NCBI GenBank assembly: GCA_038041915.1
Contig: JBBTFH010000184.1
Coordinates: forward strand, 1-41,604
Length of the DNA: 41,604 nt
DNA from: Myxococcota bacterium
Lineage (GTDB): Bacteria > Myxococcota_A > Polyangia > JBBTFH01
Reading direction: 5' to 3'
In this document: positions 1 to 8,317 of the stretch, piece by piece
Layout of the letters: each line of letters starts with the position of its first letter
Numbering within the stretch: the stretch's first letter is position 1
Translations under genes and position numbers: made by a program
Notes under the pieces: model-generated
Seen by the model: only the letters and a program-made list of their open reading frames with translations
What the model was told of the DNA's origin: nothing
The model's database searches: none

Positions 1-686
1 TCCTTCGTTTCGGGGTTTTCCCACCACCAGCGGCCGGCGCGGATGTCCTCGCCCTTCTCGACCGCGCGTGTGCAGGGGGCGCAGCCGATCGACGGGTAGC
101 CCTTGTCGTGGAGCGTGTTGTAGGGGACGCCATTGGCCTTGATGTACGCCCACACCTGCTCGTGCGACCAGTCGGCGATCGGGTTCACCTTGAGGATGCC
201 GCGGTTGCCGGCGTCGATTTCGACCTTGTGCAGCGTTGTGCGCGTGACGGCCTGATCGCGGCGCAGGCCGGTTACCCAGCCGTCGAGATCGGCCAGCGCG
301 CGGCCGAGCGGCTCGACCTTGCGCGCACCGCAGCACTCCTTGCGGTTCTCGACCGAGGCGTAGAAAAGGTTCAAGCCCTTGCCGCGCACCATCGTCTCGA
401 CGCGGTCGTGCCGCGGGAACATGACCTCGAGCTTCAGACCGTACTTCTCGCGCACGCGCTCCATGACGTCGTACGTTTCGGGATTGAGCCTCCCGGTGTC
501 GAGCGTGAAGACGCGCGCGTCCGCGCGAACCTTGAGCATGAGGTCGAGGACGACCACGTCCTCGGCGCCGCTCCACGCGAACGCGATGCGCGGGTGTAGC
601 TTGCCGAGCGCCCATGCGAGCACGTCTTGAGCGGGCTTGGCGTCCAGTTCTTCGACCAGTGAAGGAGTGAGATCGAGGTTGGGCAT
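1..686 (-). CDS. cysH: APS/PAPS reductase (4Fe-4S APS-reductase type), 3' end runs off the window
   Basis: Manual translation (not in ORF track): MPNLDLTP...AWSGAED...FTLDTGRL...ECCGARKVEPL...WVTGLRRDQ...KVNPIADW...GYPSIGCAPCT...RAGRWWWENPETK. The CC...CxxC motif marks the Fe-S type. Confidence 0.93.
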   Translation of the reverse strand, partial: MPNLDLTPSLVEELDAKPAQDVLAWALGKLHPRIAFAWSGAEDVVVLDLMLKVRADARVFTLDTGRLNPETYDVMERVREKYGLKLEVMFPRHDRVETMVRGKGLNLFYASVENRKECCGARKVEPLGRALADLDGWVTGLRRDQAVTRTTLHKVEIDAGNRGILKVNPIADWSHEQVWAYIKANGVPYNTLHDKGYPSIGCAPCTRAVEKGEDIRAGRWWWENPETK

Positions 687-1821
687 GGGCGGTTATCTAC
701 TCGCTGGGCGACGGTGGGTCAACCTCGTCGCCCTCGCAGCGGCGCTGCTCGGCGCCCTGGCGGCCGCGCACGTCGCGCGCGAGACGTGGTGGCACCCCAT
801 GGTCGTCGTGCCGGCGCCGGAGATCGCCACGCGGCCCGCGGGGGAAGCGCCGACGCTGCTCTTTCTCGGCGACACCGCGCCGACCGATGCCGCGACTGAG
901 GCGCTGCGCGCGCGCGGCTGGGATTACCCGTTCGCAAGGACGGCGCCGATCGTGCGCGCGGCCGATCTCGCGGTCGCGAACTTCGAGTCGTCCATAGCGG
1001 CGGCCGACGTGCCCTTCGGCGTGTGGAAACGCTATCGCTATCGCGCCGAGCCCGACGCTCTCGCCGCGATCGCGCGCGCCGGCATCGACGCGCTCGGGCT
1101 CGCCAACAACCACGCGATGGACTGTGGCGCGCGCGGCCTTCGCGAGACGCTCGGTCACGCGGCGCGCGGCGGCCTCGCGACGTTCGGCGCCGGACGCGAC
1201 GCGGCCGAGGCGCGGCGCGGGCTGGTCGTGCGTCTGGGCGGCGTGCGCGTGGGCCTGCTCGGGTGGCTCGAGCCCGGCTTCGTCGACGCCGTGTGGTCGC
1301 GCGCGTTCGCCCGGGAAGGACGGCCGGGCGTGGCGCGCCTGTCGGAGCGCGATGTGCGCGCGGACGTCGCGCGGATGCGCCGCCACGCGGACGTCGTGAT
1401 CGCCAGCGTGCACTGGGGCGAGAACTACCAGGCGGTGACCGGCGGCCAGCGCCGCTTCGCGCGCGTGCTCGCGGCGGCCGGCGTCGATCTGGTCGTGGGC
1501 CACCACCCGCACGTCGCGCAGCCGCTCGCCATGATCGATCGGACGGTCGTTGCCTACATCATCGGCAACTACGGGTTCGGCACGTCGGGCCGCCGCGCGC
1601 TGCGCGCGGGGCTGATGCTGGGTGCGACGCTGCGCGACCGCCGCCTCGTGCGCGTCGCGCTCGTGCCGATCGACGTGCAGAACCGTCGCGTGAGGTTCCA
1701 GCCGCGCGTGCTTCGCGGCGACGCCGCCCGTCGCGTCCTCGAGCCTCTTGCGCGCGCGAGCCGGGCCCAGGGCGCGGAGCTGCGAGTCGAAGGGGACGAA
1801 GCGGTGCTCGACCTGCGCTGA
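685..1821 (+). CDS. CapA/PgsA (PGA_cap) family metallophosphoesterase with N-terminal membrane anchor; start uncertain
   Basis: Motifs LFLGD, ANFES, LANNHAMD, SVHWG, VVGHHPHV, GN; hydrophobic N-terminus. Confidence 0.85.
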   Translation: MGGYLLAGRRWVNLVALAAALLGALAAAHVARETWWHPMVVVPAPEIATRPAGEAPTLLFLGDTAPTDAATEALRARGWDYPFARTAPIVRAADLAVANFESSIAAADVPFGVWKRYRYRAEPDALAAIARAGIDALGLANNHAMDCGARGLRETLGHAARGGLATFGAGRDAAEARRGLVVRLGGVRVGLLGWLEPGFVDAVWSRAFAREGRPGVARLSERDVRADVARMRRHADVVIASVHWGENYQAVTGGQRRFARVLAAAGVDLVVGHHPHVAQPLAMIDRTVVAYIIGNYGFGTSGRRALRAGLMLGATLRDRRLVRVALVPIDVQNRRVRFQPRVLRGDAARRVLEPLARASRAQGAELRVEGDEAVLDLR

Positions 1822-1824
1822 ACG

Positions 1825-3018
1825 CTACCGGCAGCTTCGCGCCGGGTCGTCGACGGTATGGCACTTCAGGCACGCGCGAGGGTTCTTGTCCGCGAGCGCG
1901 CGGCAGCGGCGGGACGTGGCGAAGCCGGCCGGGTGGGGGTCGACAAAGCGCCCGACCGGCGAGGTTGAGCGCAGGCCGGCGGTCGCGTGGCTCGCGAGGC
2001 ACGTCTCCTGGGGGTGGCACGACGCGGACGCGGCGATGTTGCGCTGCGCCTGCGGTGCGTGGTGGCTCGGGCCGCGCGCGTCGTCGATCCAGCCTTCCGG
2101 GTGGAATTTCCGCCCTTGGGTGAAGTGCGCGTTGGTCGTCGTGTCGGCGGACGGATCGACGCCGCGGACGTCGCGCGCGAGAGCGACGCCGGAGCGCTGG
2201 TGGCAGCCGAGGCAGAAGGTCTGGCGGCGGTGGCACGACGCGCAGTCGGGGATGTTGCGGCGCGCGTCGGCGGCGTGCAGCGACAGGTAGTCGTTGCCGT
2301 GGAAGTCGAGCGGCTTGACGATCCCGTTGTGACAGGACTGGCACCACTCCTGGCGGTGGCAGTTCTCGCAGTAGCGCTCGTCGTTGGCCGCCACGCGGCG
2401 GTGATCCATCTTGAAGCGCAGGTCGTGCGCGTCGCCGCGCAGCACGCCGCTCGGCGTCAGCGTGCCGGTGGGCAGCGCCGTCTTGATGCGCCCCTCGGCG
2501 TCGCCGAGGTGGCAGGTCGTGCACTGCGACGGCGCCTGCTTGCCGTCGTGGCACGACAGGCACAGCGGCATGCGCGGCAGCTCGGCGCGCGTCGCGAGGT
2601 CGGCCGTCGGCACCGTCGCGTGGCAGGTCACGCACTCCACGCCGCGCGAGACGTGCACCTGATGGTTGAACTTGACGAACGGCGGCGGGATCTCGATGCG
2701 CGCCGGCTGGCCGATTCCCGAAAATCCGGGATGGCAGCCGCCGCACGCGGCGACCGGCTTGGCCTGCTTGTTCGGCTTGTCGCGCTCGATCGCGTGGCAG
2801 TCGGCGCAGACCTCCTCGGGCGGCACGAGGAAGTCGCGCGCGACGCGGCTCAGCGCGGCCTTCGAGTGGCAGAACTCGCACTTCACGTTGAGCGCGAGGT
2901 GCTGCCGGTGGCTGAAGCGCAGCGGGATGCGCTGCTCGGGGATGATGATCGTCGACGGCCCGCGCGCTTCGGCGGACGCGATGCTGGCCAGCAGTAGCGT
3001 GAGCGCCGCGCGCGTCAT
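1825..3018 (-). CDS. Periplasmic multiheme cytochrome c (11 CxxCH plus 2 degenerate motifs)
   Basis: Signal peptide MTRAALTLLLASIASAEA. Motifs CEFCH, CADCH, CGGCH, CVTCH, CLSCH, CTTCH, CENCH, CQSCH, CASCH, CLGCH, CLKCH; FSH..H and FNH..H c3/c7-like units. ATGA overlap with the upstream gene at 3015-3018. Confidence 0.92.
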   Translation of the reverse strand: MTRAALTLLLASIASAEARGPSTIIIPEQRIPLRFSHRQHLALNVKCEFCHSKAALSRVARDFLVPPEEVCADCHAIERDKPNKQAKPVAACGGCHPGFSGIGQPARIEIPPPFVKFNHQVHVSRGVECVTCHATVPTADLATRAELPRMPLCLSCHDGKQAPSQCTTCHLGDAEGRIKTALPTGTLTPSGVLRGDAHDLRFKMDHRRVAANDERYCENCHRQEWCQSCHNGIVKPLDFHGNDYLSLHAADARRNIPDCASCHRRQTFCLGCHQRSGVALARDVRGVDPSADTTTNAHFTQGRKFHPEGWIDDARGPSHHAPQAQRNIAASASCHPQETCLASHATAGLRSTSPVGRFVDPHPAGFATSRRCRALADKNPRACLKCHTVDDPARSCR

Positions 3019-4466
3019 GGGACGTACGCCAGGTCGAGCATCGCGAGGAGCCGCAGGTAGCTTGTATAGAGTTGGTTCGAGTTTTCCTCCGCCAGCAGGT
3101 GGAGCGCGACGCCGTCGGTGAGGACCCAGCGCGCGCCGGCCTGTGCGCCGAGGCTCCACATGTCGCGCTTGAGCGCCTCGGCGCGGACGTCGTTTTGGAA
3201 CTGCAGCACCGTCACGCGACCCTCCAACGCGACCGAATCCACGAGCACGTCGAAGCGCCCCGACACGTCCCCGCCGGCGGTGCGGCCGCCAAAACCGTCC
3301 TCGAAACGCCCATCGACGCGCGCGAAGCCGCGGCCGAACATGAGCCGCGCGCCGGCGCCGGCGCCGTGGTGCAGCGCCGAGCCCTCCGTCACCTCGTCCT
3401 GGACCTCGTTCGCGTAGCGTCGCGCGAGAGTGCGCGCGTAGCCTTCGATCACGTACGGATGCGCGCGCGTGACGACGACGTCGTAGGTGAGCGAGGCGTC
3501 GTGGTACGGCTCGGTCGAGTAGAGGTTCCAGATCGAATCGCCTTCGAAGTCGGGCGCGGCCATCGCCCACGCGGGCGTGACGGCGTGGCGTGGGTGCAGC
3601 GCGACGCGCACGCCGGCCTCGCCGAGATCGGCGCGAGCGGTCAGCGCGTTCCAGCGCACGCCGGCGTACGGGTGCAGGCCGTCGCCGATGCGCGCCCGCG
3701 CGGAGACGGCCAGCTTTTCCTCGTCGATGCCCTCGATCGCGCTGGTGCGCTCCGCGTCGGCGCCCGCCGTCGGCACGGCGACGACGGCGACGGTCGAGAA
3801 CGTCCGCCGGTAGCTCGCGCGCGCGAACACGTCGCGCAGCCCGTGCGTCTGGATCGCCCCACCGAACATCGGCGAGAGAGCCTCGGGCTCGTCGGGCGCG
3901 AGCACGCTGTCGGTCGTGCCGTCGATTTCGAAGGACGGCGAGGACAGCGGATCGGTCCCGCGCACCTGGAAGCCGCCGAAACCTTCGACGCCGAGGTAGA
4001 TGGGCGGATGGAAGAAGAACTGGCCGCCGTCGAAGGCATAGTAATCGAGGGGATCGACGACCACCTGACGGCCGACGCGGAAGTCGGTCGTCGCGTCGAG
4101 GAAGTCGCGCCCCTCGACGGTGAGCGAGAGGACGTCGAGTTGGTCGTTGTCGAGCTCGGGCACGACGACGATCCCGCCTTCGTCGGTGTTGTCGCGAAAT
4201 TCGGCGAAGTCGGTGTCGAAGCGGAGCGCGCCGACGAGCTGCAGCCTGGGGACGACCCTGCCGGAATCGGGATCCTGCGCCGGCAGGAAGCCGAAGACGC
4301 GCAAGCCGAGCAGTTGCGTGACGCGGCGCCGGGTGAGCAGCACGACCTCGCCGTCTTGGAAGCGACGGATCTGGTCGCCCTGGCCGACGGTGGTCGCGCT
4401 GATCTCGAAGTCGTAAGCGTGGGCGACGATCGGCCACAGCGCCACGAGAGCGAGTGCGCGTCGCAA
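3015..4466 (-). CDS. Putative outer-membrane beta-barrel protein
   Basis: TTG start, signal peptide LRRALALVALWPIVAHA. Many alternating amphipathic strands (FARASYRRTF, GAGARLMFG, VALEGRVTVLQF, SLGAQAGARWVL) and a C-terminal strand LLAMLDLAY. Confidence 0.7.
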   Translation of the reverse strand: MRRALALVALWPIVAHAYDFEISATTVGQGDQIRRFQDGEVVLLTRRRVTQLLGLRVFGFLPAQDPDSGRVVPRLQLVGALRFDTDFAEFRDNTDEGGIVVVPELDNDQLDVLSLTVEGRDFLDATTDFRVGRQVVVDPLDYYAFDGGQFFFHPPIYLGVEGFGGFQVRGTDPLSSPSFEIDGTTDSVLAPDEPEALSPMFGGAIQTHGLRDVFARASYRRTFSTVAVVAVPTAGADAERTSAIEGIDEEKLAVSARARIGDGLHPYAGVRWNALTARADLGEAGVRVALHPRHAVTPAWAMAAPDFEGDSIWNLYSTEPYHDASLTYDVVVTRAHPYVIEGYARTLARRYANEVQDEVTEGSALHHGAGAGARLMFGRGFARVDGRFEDGFGGRTAGGDVSGRFDVLVDSVALEGRVTVLQFQNDVRAEALKRDMWSLGAQAGARWVLTDGVALHLLAEENSNQLYTSYLRLLAMLDLAYVP

Positions 4467-4516
4467 GGGGCACCCATGGTAACGCCGGGGAGGGACGTTT
4501 GCTAGAGTCCGCCGCG

Positions 4517-5875
4517 ATGAACGTCCGTGTCTTGACGATCGTCGTTGCCGCCGCGGCCTGCGCGGGAAGGCCGCCGGTGGCGCCGCGGCCCTCGCCGACA
4601 GCGGTCGCGGGGTTGACCGCCGCCGAGCTGATCGTGCTGCTCGACCGCGCGCGCCTGGGCCGGGATGACGCGGCGCTGGCCGAGCTGTGGAAGGAGCTCG
4701 CGCTGGGCGGCGCGCCCGTGCGCGGCCTCGACGCGACGCGACGCGTGCTGGCAGCGCTGGCGCCGCGTGCGGCGGGCGACGCGGACGCGGCGGCGCTGGT
4801 GCGCGCCGACGCCGCGCTGCTCGATCCCCAGGTCGCGATGCTCGCGCCGACGCGTGAGCTGCGCGCCGTCGTGCGCGGGGGCGGCCCGCTGGCCGCTTCG
4901 GCGGCGCTGCGCCTGCACGCGGTCTGCGCGGAGGCGCTGCGCGAGGCGGCGTCCCTCGCCGGGACCGCGGCGAAGGTCGTCGCCGCCAACCGCTGCCTGT
5001 ACGCCGCGCAGGACGCGGATCCCGCGCCCTACTTCGCCGCGGATGCGGCGGCGCGGCCACCCGATCCGCCGTGGACTCTGCTCTCCGCGCGCTCTCGCGC
5101 GCTTCTCGAGGCGATTCCGGCGACGCACCCGCTCGCGGTCCTCGCGCGTCGCCGCTTGGACGAAGAGCGCGCCTTTCTCGAATCGGCCGCGCGGAGCTTG
5201 CCGGCGCCGGTCACGCCGCGCACGCTCGCCCTCCCCATCGTCGAGGGCGGCCTGCCGTACGACCGGCTGCCGCTGCTGCAGGTCGCGCCGGGCGGCATGC
5301 GCATCGACGGCGTCGAGCTCGGGTTCGACGACGGCAAGACGCTCTCGACGATCCTCGCCGAAGACCGACGCCTGCGCGTCACCCTCGTCGCGCCCGGGCA
5401 GATCGAGTGGTGGCGGGTGCACGAGGCGCTCAAGCTGGCGCGCAGGGCCGGCGCCGTCGTCGCCGAGCTCGGCGTCGCCGAGATGGTGCGCGCGACGGTG
5501 CCCGCGGGCGACGTCCACGCCGGCGAGCAGCCGCTCCTGCGCATCGCCGGCTTCCCCGTGACCCTCTACACGCTCGTGCCCGGCGAGTCCGCGCCGCCGC
5601 TGCCGCGCGATCTGCCGCGCGGATCGACCTACGGCGGCGATGTCGGCGACGGCGCGCTCGCGCGCATCGCGATCGGCGCAGCGGGAACGCGGCTCGTGAC
5701 CGACGGCGGGCCTCAGACGGGCGACGCCGTCGAAGCCTTGCGCGCGGTCAAGGATCTGCGCGGCGTGCGGCTGGCGGCGGCGCCCGACGTGCCCTACATG
5801 CGCGTGCTGGCCGAGATCGCGCGGGTCTACGCGGTAGCGCCGGCCATCGGGCTGGAAGGGTACGCGGCGCCGTGA
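4517..5875 (+). CDS. Hypothetical lipoprotein with possible ExbD/TolR-like C-terminal domains
   Basis: MNVRVLTIVVAAAAC lipobox-like signal. Segments VTLVAPGQIEWWRVHEALKLARRAG and VRLAAAPDVPYMRVLAEI resemble the ExbD periplasmic pattern. Confidence 0.6.
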   Translation: MNVRVLTIVVAAAACAGRPPVAPRPSPTAVAGLTAAELIVLLDRARLGRDDAALAELWKELALGGAPVRGLDATRRVLAALAPRAAGDADAAALVRADAALLDPQVAMLAPTRELRAVVRGGGPLAASAALRLHAVCAEALREAASLAGTAAKVVAANRCLYAAQDADPAPYFAADAAARPPDPPWTLLSARSRALLEAIPATHPLAVLARRRLDEERAFLESAARSLPAPVTPRTLALPIVEGGLPYDRLPLLQVAPGGMRIDGVELGFDDGKTLSTILAEDRRLRVTLVAPGQIEWWRVHEALKLARRAGAVVAELGVAEMVRATVPAGDVHAGEQPLLRIAGFPVTLYTLVPGESAPPLPRDLPRGSTYGGDVGDGALARIAIGAAGTRLVTDGGPQTGDAVEALRAVKDLRGVRLAAAPDVPYMRVLAEIARVYAVAPAIGLEGYAAP

Positions 5876-5929
5876 TCACTACGGGATGTGGGTAATGGGA
5901 CCGGCTCTGTGCTAGGTTCCGCCGCGAAA

Positions 5930-6244
5930 ATGGACAGCCGCGAAACGACGTTTTCCTTCCCGTGGTGGGAGTCGCGGAATCCGACGGCGGTCGGCGCGAC
6001 GTTCGCTTCGAGGCGCGAGGCGATGTATCTGCACGAGCTGGAGGAGCGCGCCGCGTTGCTCTTCCGGCTGCGCTACGGGCGCGACGAGATCGCGCGCAGG
6101 CTGCGCGGCAACCTGCGTTGGGACTTCGAGCTCTGCGCGCCGCCGGCGCGGCTGCTGGCTCGCGTGGAAGCAATCGTCGACGAGGTTTGCAAGCGCGGGG
6201 GCTCGGCCAAAGGGGCCCGACGCGCGCCACCTTCACTCGAGTAG
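5930..6244 (+). CDS. Small hypothetical protein
   Basis: ATG 5930 preceded by TGCTAGGTT; GC-biased third positions; helical-looking sequence (YLHELEERAALLFRLRY...LRGNLRWDFE); fills the gap before the ompA-like gene. Confidence 0.6.
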   Translation: MDSRETTFSFPWWESRNPTAVGATFASRREAMYLHELEERAALLFRLRYGRDEIARRLRGNLRWDFELCAPPARLLARVEAIVDEVCKRGGSAKGARRAPPSLE

Positions 6245-6258
6245 AGGAGGAGAGCGAC

Positions 6259-7044
6259 ATGAAGCGATCGGCCTTTCTGTGGACTCTGGGGATTCTGGCG
6301 GCCGGCTGCGGCGTTTCCGATGAACTGTACAACGCGCGGGTTACGGATCTGAACCGCACACGGGCCGAGACCGAGAAGGCGCAAGGAGACCTTGCGACCT
6401 GCCAGAAGGCGACGTCGACGATGGCGGCGCAGAACACCGCCATGCGCGAGTCGCTCGAAGCGGCCGGCCAGGACGTCTCGCGGCTTGGCGCCGAGCGCGG
6501 CTATCTCGAGAAGGTGCTCGCCGAGGCGCGCCGACGCGAGGAAGAGATGCGCAAGAAGCAGGAGCAGATGGAAAAGCGCGCGGCAACCTATCAGGAGCTC
6601 GTCGCCAAGCTCAAGGGCATGATCGACGCCGGCCAGCTCCAGGTCGAGACGCGCGACGGGCGCATGCTCGTCAAGCTGCCCGACAACATCCTCTTCGATC
6701 CAGGCAAGACGCAGCTCAAGCCTGCCGGCGTCACGGCGCTCAAGCAGCTCGGCGCCGTGCTCGGGCAAATCGCGGATCGCAAGTTCCAGGTCGCGGGGCA
6801 CACCGACAACGTCCCGATCAAATCAGGCAAGTTCAAGTCGAACTGGGACCTCTCGGCGGCGCGCGCCGTCGAGGTCGTTCGTATCCTCTCGGCGAGCGGC
6901 CTCGACCAGAAGCGCCTGAGCGCCGCCGGTTACGCCGACAACGCGCCGATCGCCGACAACCTGCTGGCGGAGGGTCGCTCGCGCAACCGCAGGATCGAGA
7001 TCGTGCTCCAGCCGAACATCGAAGAGCTGCCCCCGACCGAGTAG
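6259..7044 (+). CDS. OmpA/MotB-family peptidoglycan-binding lipoprotein with coiled coil
   Basis: SD GAGGAG; lipobox LAAGC; coiled coil; LFDPGK, VAGHTDNVP, NWDLSAARAVEV, NRRIEI. Confidence 0.9.
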   Translation: MKRSAFLWTLGILAAGCGVSDELYNARVTDLNRTRAETEKAQGDLATCQKATSTMAAQNTAMRESLEAAGQDVSRLGAERGYLEKVLAEARRREEEMRKKQEQMEKRAATYQELVAKLKGMIDAGQLQVETRDGRMLVKLPDNILFDPGKTQLKPAGVTALKQLGAVLGQIADRKFQVAGHTDNVPIKSGKFKSNWDLSAARAVEVVRILSASGLDQKRLSAAGYADNAPIADNLLAEGRSRNRRIEIVLQPNIEELPPTE

Positions 7045-7048
7045 GGGG

Positions 7049-7072
7049 CTCACCCCGTCCGACGGGACGTGC
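7049..7072 (+). repeat. 24-bp palindrome-containing element, copy 1 (CTCACCCCGTCCGACGGGACGTGC)
   Basis: Exact match to the reverse complement of 16167-16190; core CCCGTC-C-GACGGG. Confidence 0.85.
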
Positions 7073-7100
7073 TCCGCCCGGGGTCTTTCGGCGTCGCGGC

Positions 7101-7106
7101 TATACT
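7101..7106 (+). promoter_or_regulatory. Putative -10 box TATACT (leaderless promoter)
   Basis: Lies 5 nt before ATG 7112; no SD sequence. Confidence 0.5.
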
Positions 7107-7111
7107 CCCCC

Positions 7112-8317
7112 ATGGTGCTCACTCTCGCCGCGGTCCTCGCCTGGCCGGCGGCGGCCGCCCCGCCGTGGCTGGGGACCGGCCGCGTGCACGGCTTCGTGGT
7201 CGAGACGCAGGGCAGGCCGGTGCTCGGCGCCGCCGACGCGGTCGCCACCATCGAGGAGTTCGGCGCGTTCACGAGCGCGCCTTGCGCGGCGCTCGCGGCG
7301 CCGCTGCGCCGGCTGCTCGAAGAGCGGCAGGGCGCCGTCAAGCTGATCTTTCGCCACCTGCCCGGCGGGGGCGGTCCCGACGGGCGCGTCGCCGCCGAGA
7401 TCGCGGAGGAGGCGTTTGCGCAGGGCCACTTCTGGGAGTTTCACGAAGCCGCCTTCGCCCGCGCCGGGAAGCTTCGCTCCGACGACGCCTTTCGCGTCGC
7501 GTCGCTCGTCGGGCTGGACATGGCGCGGTTGCGCCGGGCTTTGGACTCGGGCCTGCACCGCGTTGCCGTCGCGGCCGACGAGCGGCTCGCGCGGCGGCGC
7601 GGCCTTCGCGCGGTGGCGCCCGTGCTGCTGGTCGGCGGGCGCGTCGTCGCCGGCGCCCTCGGCTACGATCTGCTGGCGAGCGCCGTCGATCGGGAGGTGG
7701 CGCGCGCGCGGTCGGCGACGTTGGCTGGCGCGGCGCCGCGGGTGGCGCAGCAGGCGCGGCCGGCTCGGCGTGTCGCCCTTCGCACGATCGGCGCGCCGAG
7801 CCGCGGGAGCGAGGCTGCGCGCGTCGTGCTCGTCGAGTTCGCGGACCTCGCGCGCCGGGATCGCGGCCATGTGGCCTCGATGATCGTCCAGTTGCGCCAC
7901 GACTTTCCTGACGGCGTGCGCCATGCGTTCAAGCACGCGCCCGCCGCGGCCGAGTCGATGGCGGTGCACGAGATCGCCGCCGAGGCGCACCGGCAGGGAC
8001 GTTTCTGGGAGCTCTACGATCGCCTCGCGCTGGGCGTGCTGCCGGCCGTCGGCGGCGCGGAGTCGCGTACGCGCACCGCCGAGCGGCTCGCGCAAGCGGC
8101 CGGCTTGGACCTCGCCGCGGTGAAGGCGGCGCTGGGCGCGGGCCTGCACCGCTCGGCGATCGAGCAGGATGCGCGCGAGGCGGCGCGGTTGGGTGTGCGC
8201 GACGGCGCGATCTTCGTCGACGGGCAAAAGATCGAGGCCCCGCCGACCTACCAGCTTTTGCGCGAAGCGGTCGAAGTGGCGCTCCGCGGCGGCCTGCTAC
8301 AGGCCCTGCCGCGGTGA
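7112..8317 (+). CDS. Exported tandem DsbA/thioredoxin-like protein with degenerate active sites
   Basis: Signal peptide; two repeats of LG-x-x-x-A-x-x-x-(I/L)-x-EF...F(R/K)H...AxxQGxFWE...LD. The CxxC positions read FTSAPC and FADLARRD. Confidence 0.75.
   Translation: MVLTLAAVLAWPAAAAPPWLGTGRVHGFVVETQGRPVLGAADAVATIEEFGAFTSAPCAALAAPLRRLLEERQGAVKLIFRHLPGGGGPDGRVAAEIAEEAFAQGHFWEFHEAAFARAGKLRSDDAFRVASLVGLDMARLRRALDSGLHRVAVAADERLARRRGLRAVAPVLLVGGRVVAGALGYDLLASAVDREVARARSATLAGAAPRVAQQARPARRVALRTIGAPSRGSEAARVVLVEFADLARRDRGHVASMIVQLRHDFPDGVRHAFKHAPAAAESMAVHEIAAEAHRQGRFWELYDRLALGVLPAVGGAESRTRTAERLAQAAGLDLAAVKAALGAGLHRSAIEQDAREAARLGVRDGAIFVDGQKIEAPPTYQLLREAVEVALRGGLLQALPR

Noticed and set aside
1825-4989. 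1054-aa ORF read as a giant cytochrome fusion
   Set aside because: The real start is ATG 3018 (signal peptide, ATGA overlap); the upstream part is an alternative frame of the barrel gene.
6259-7044. Calling the OmpA-family gene flagellar motB
   Set aside because: It has a lipobox rather than the Asp-containing TM helix, and no motA neighbour.
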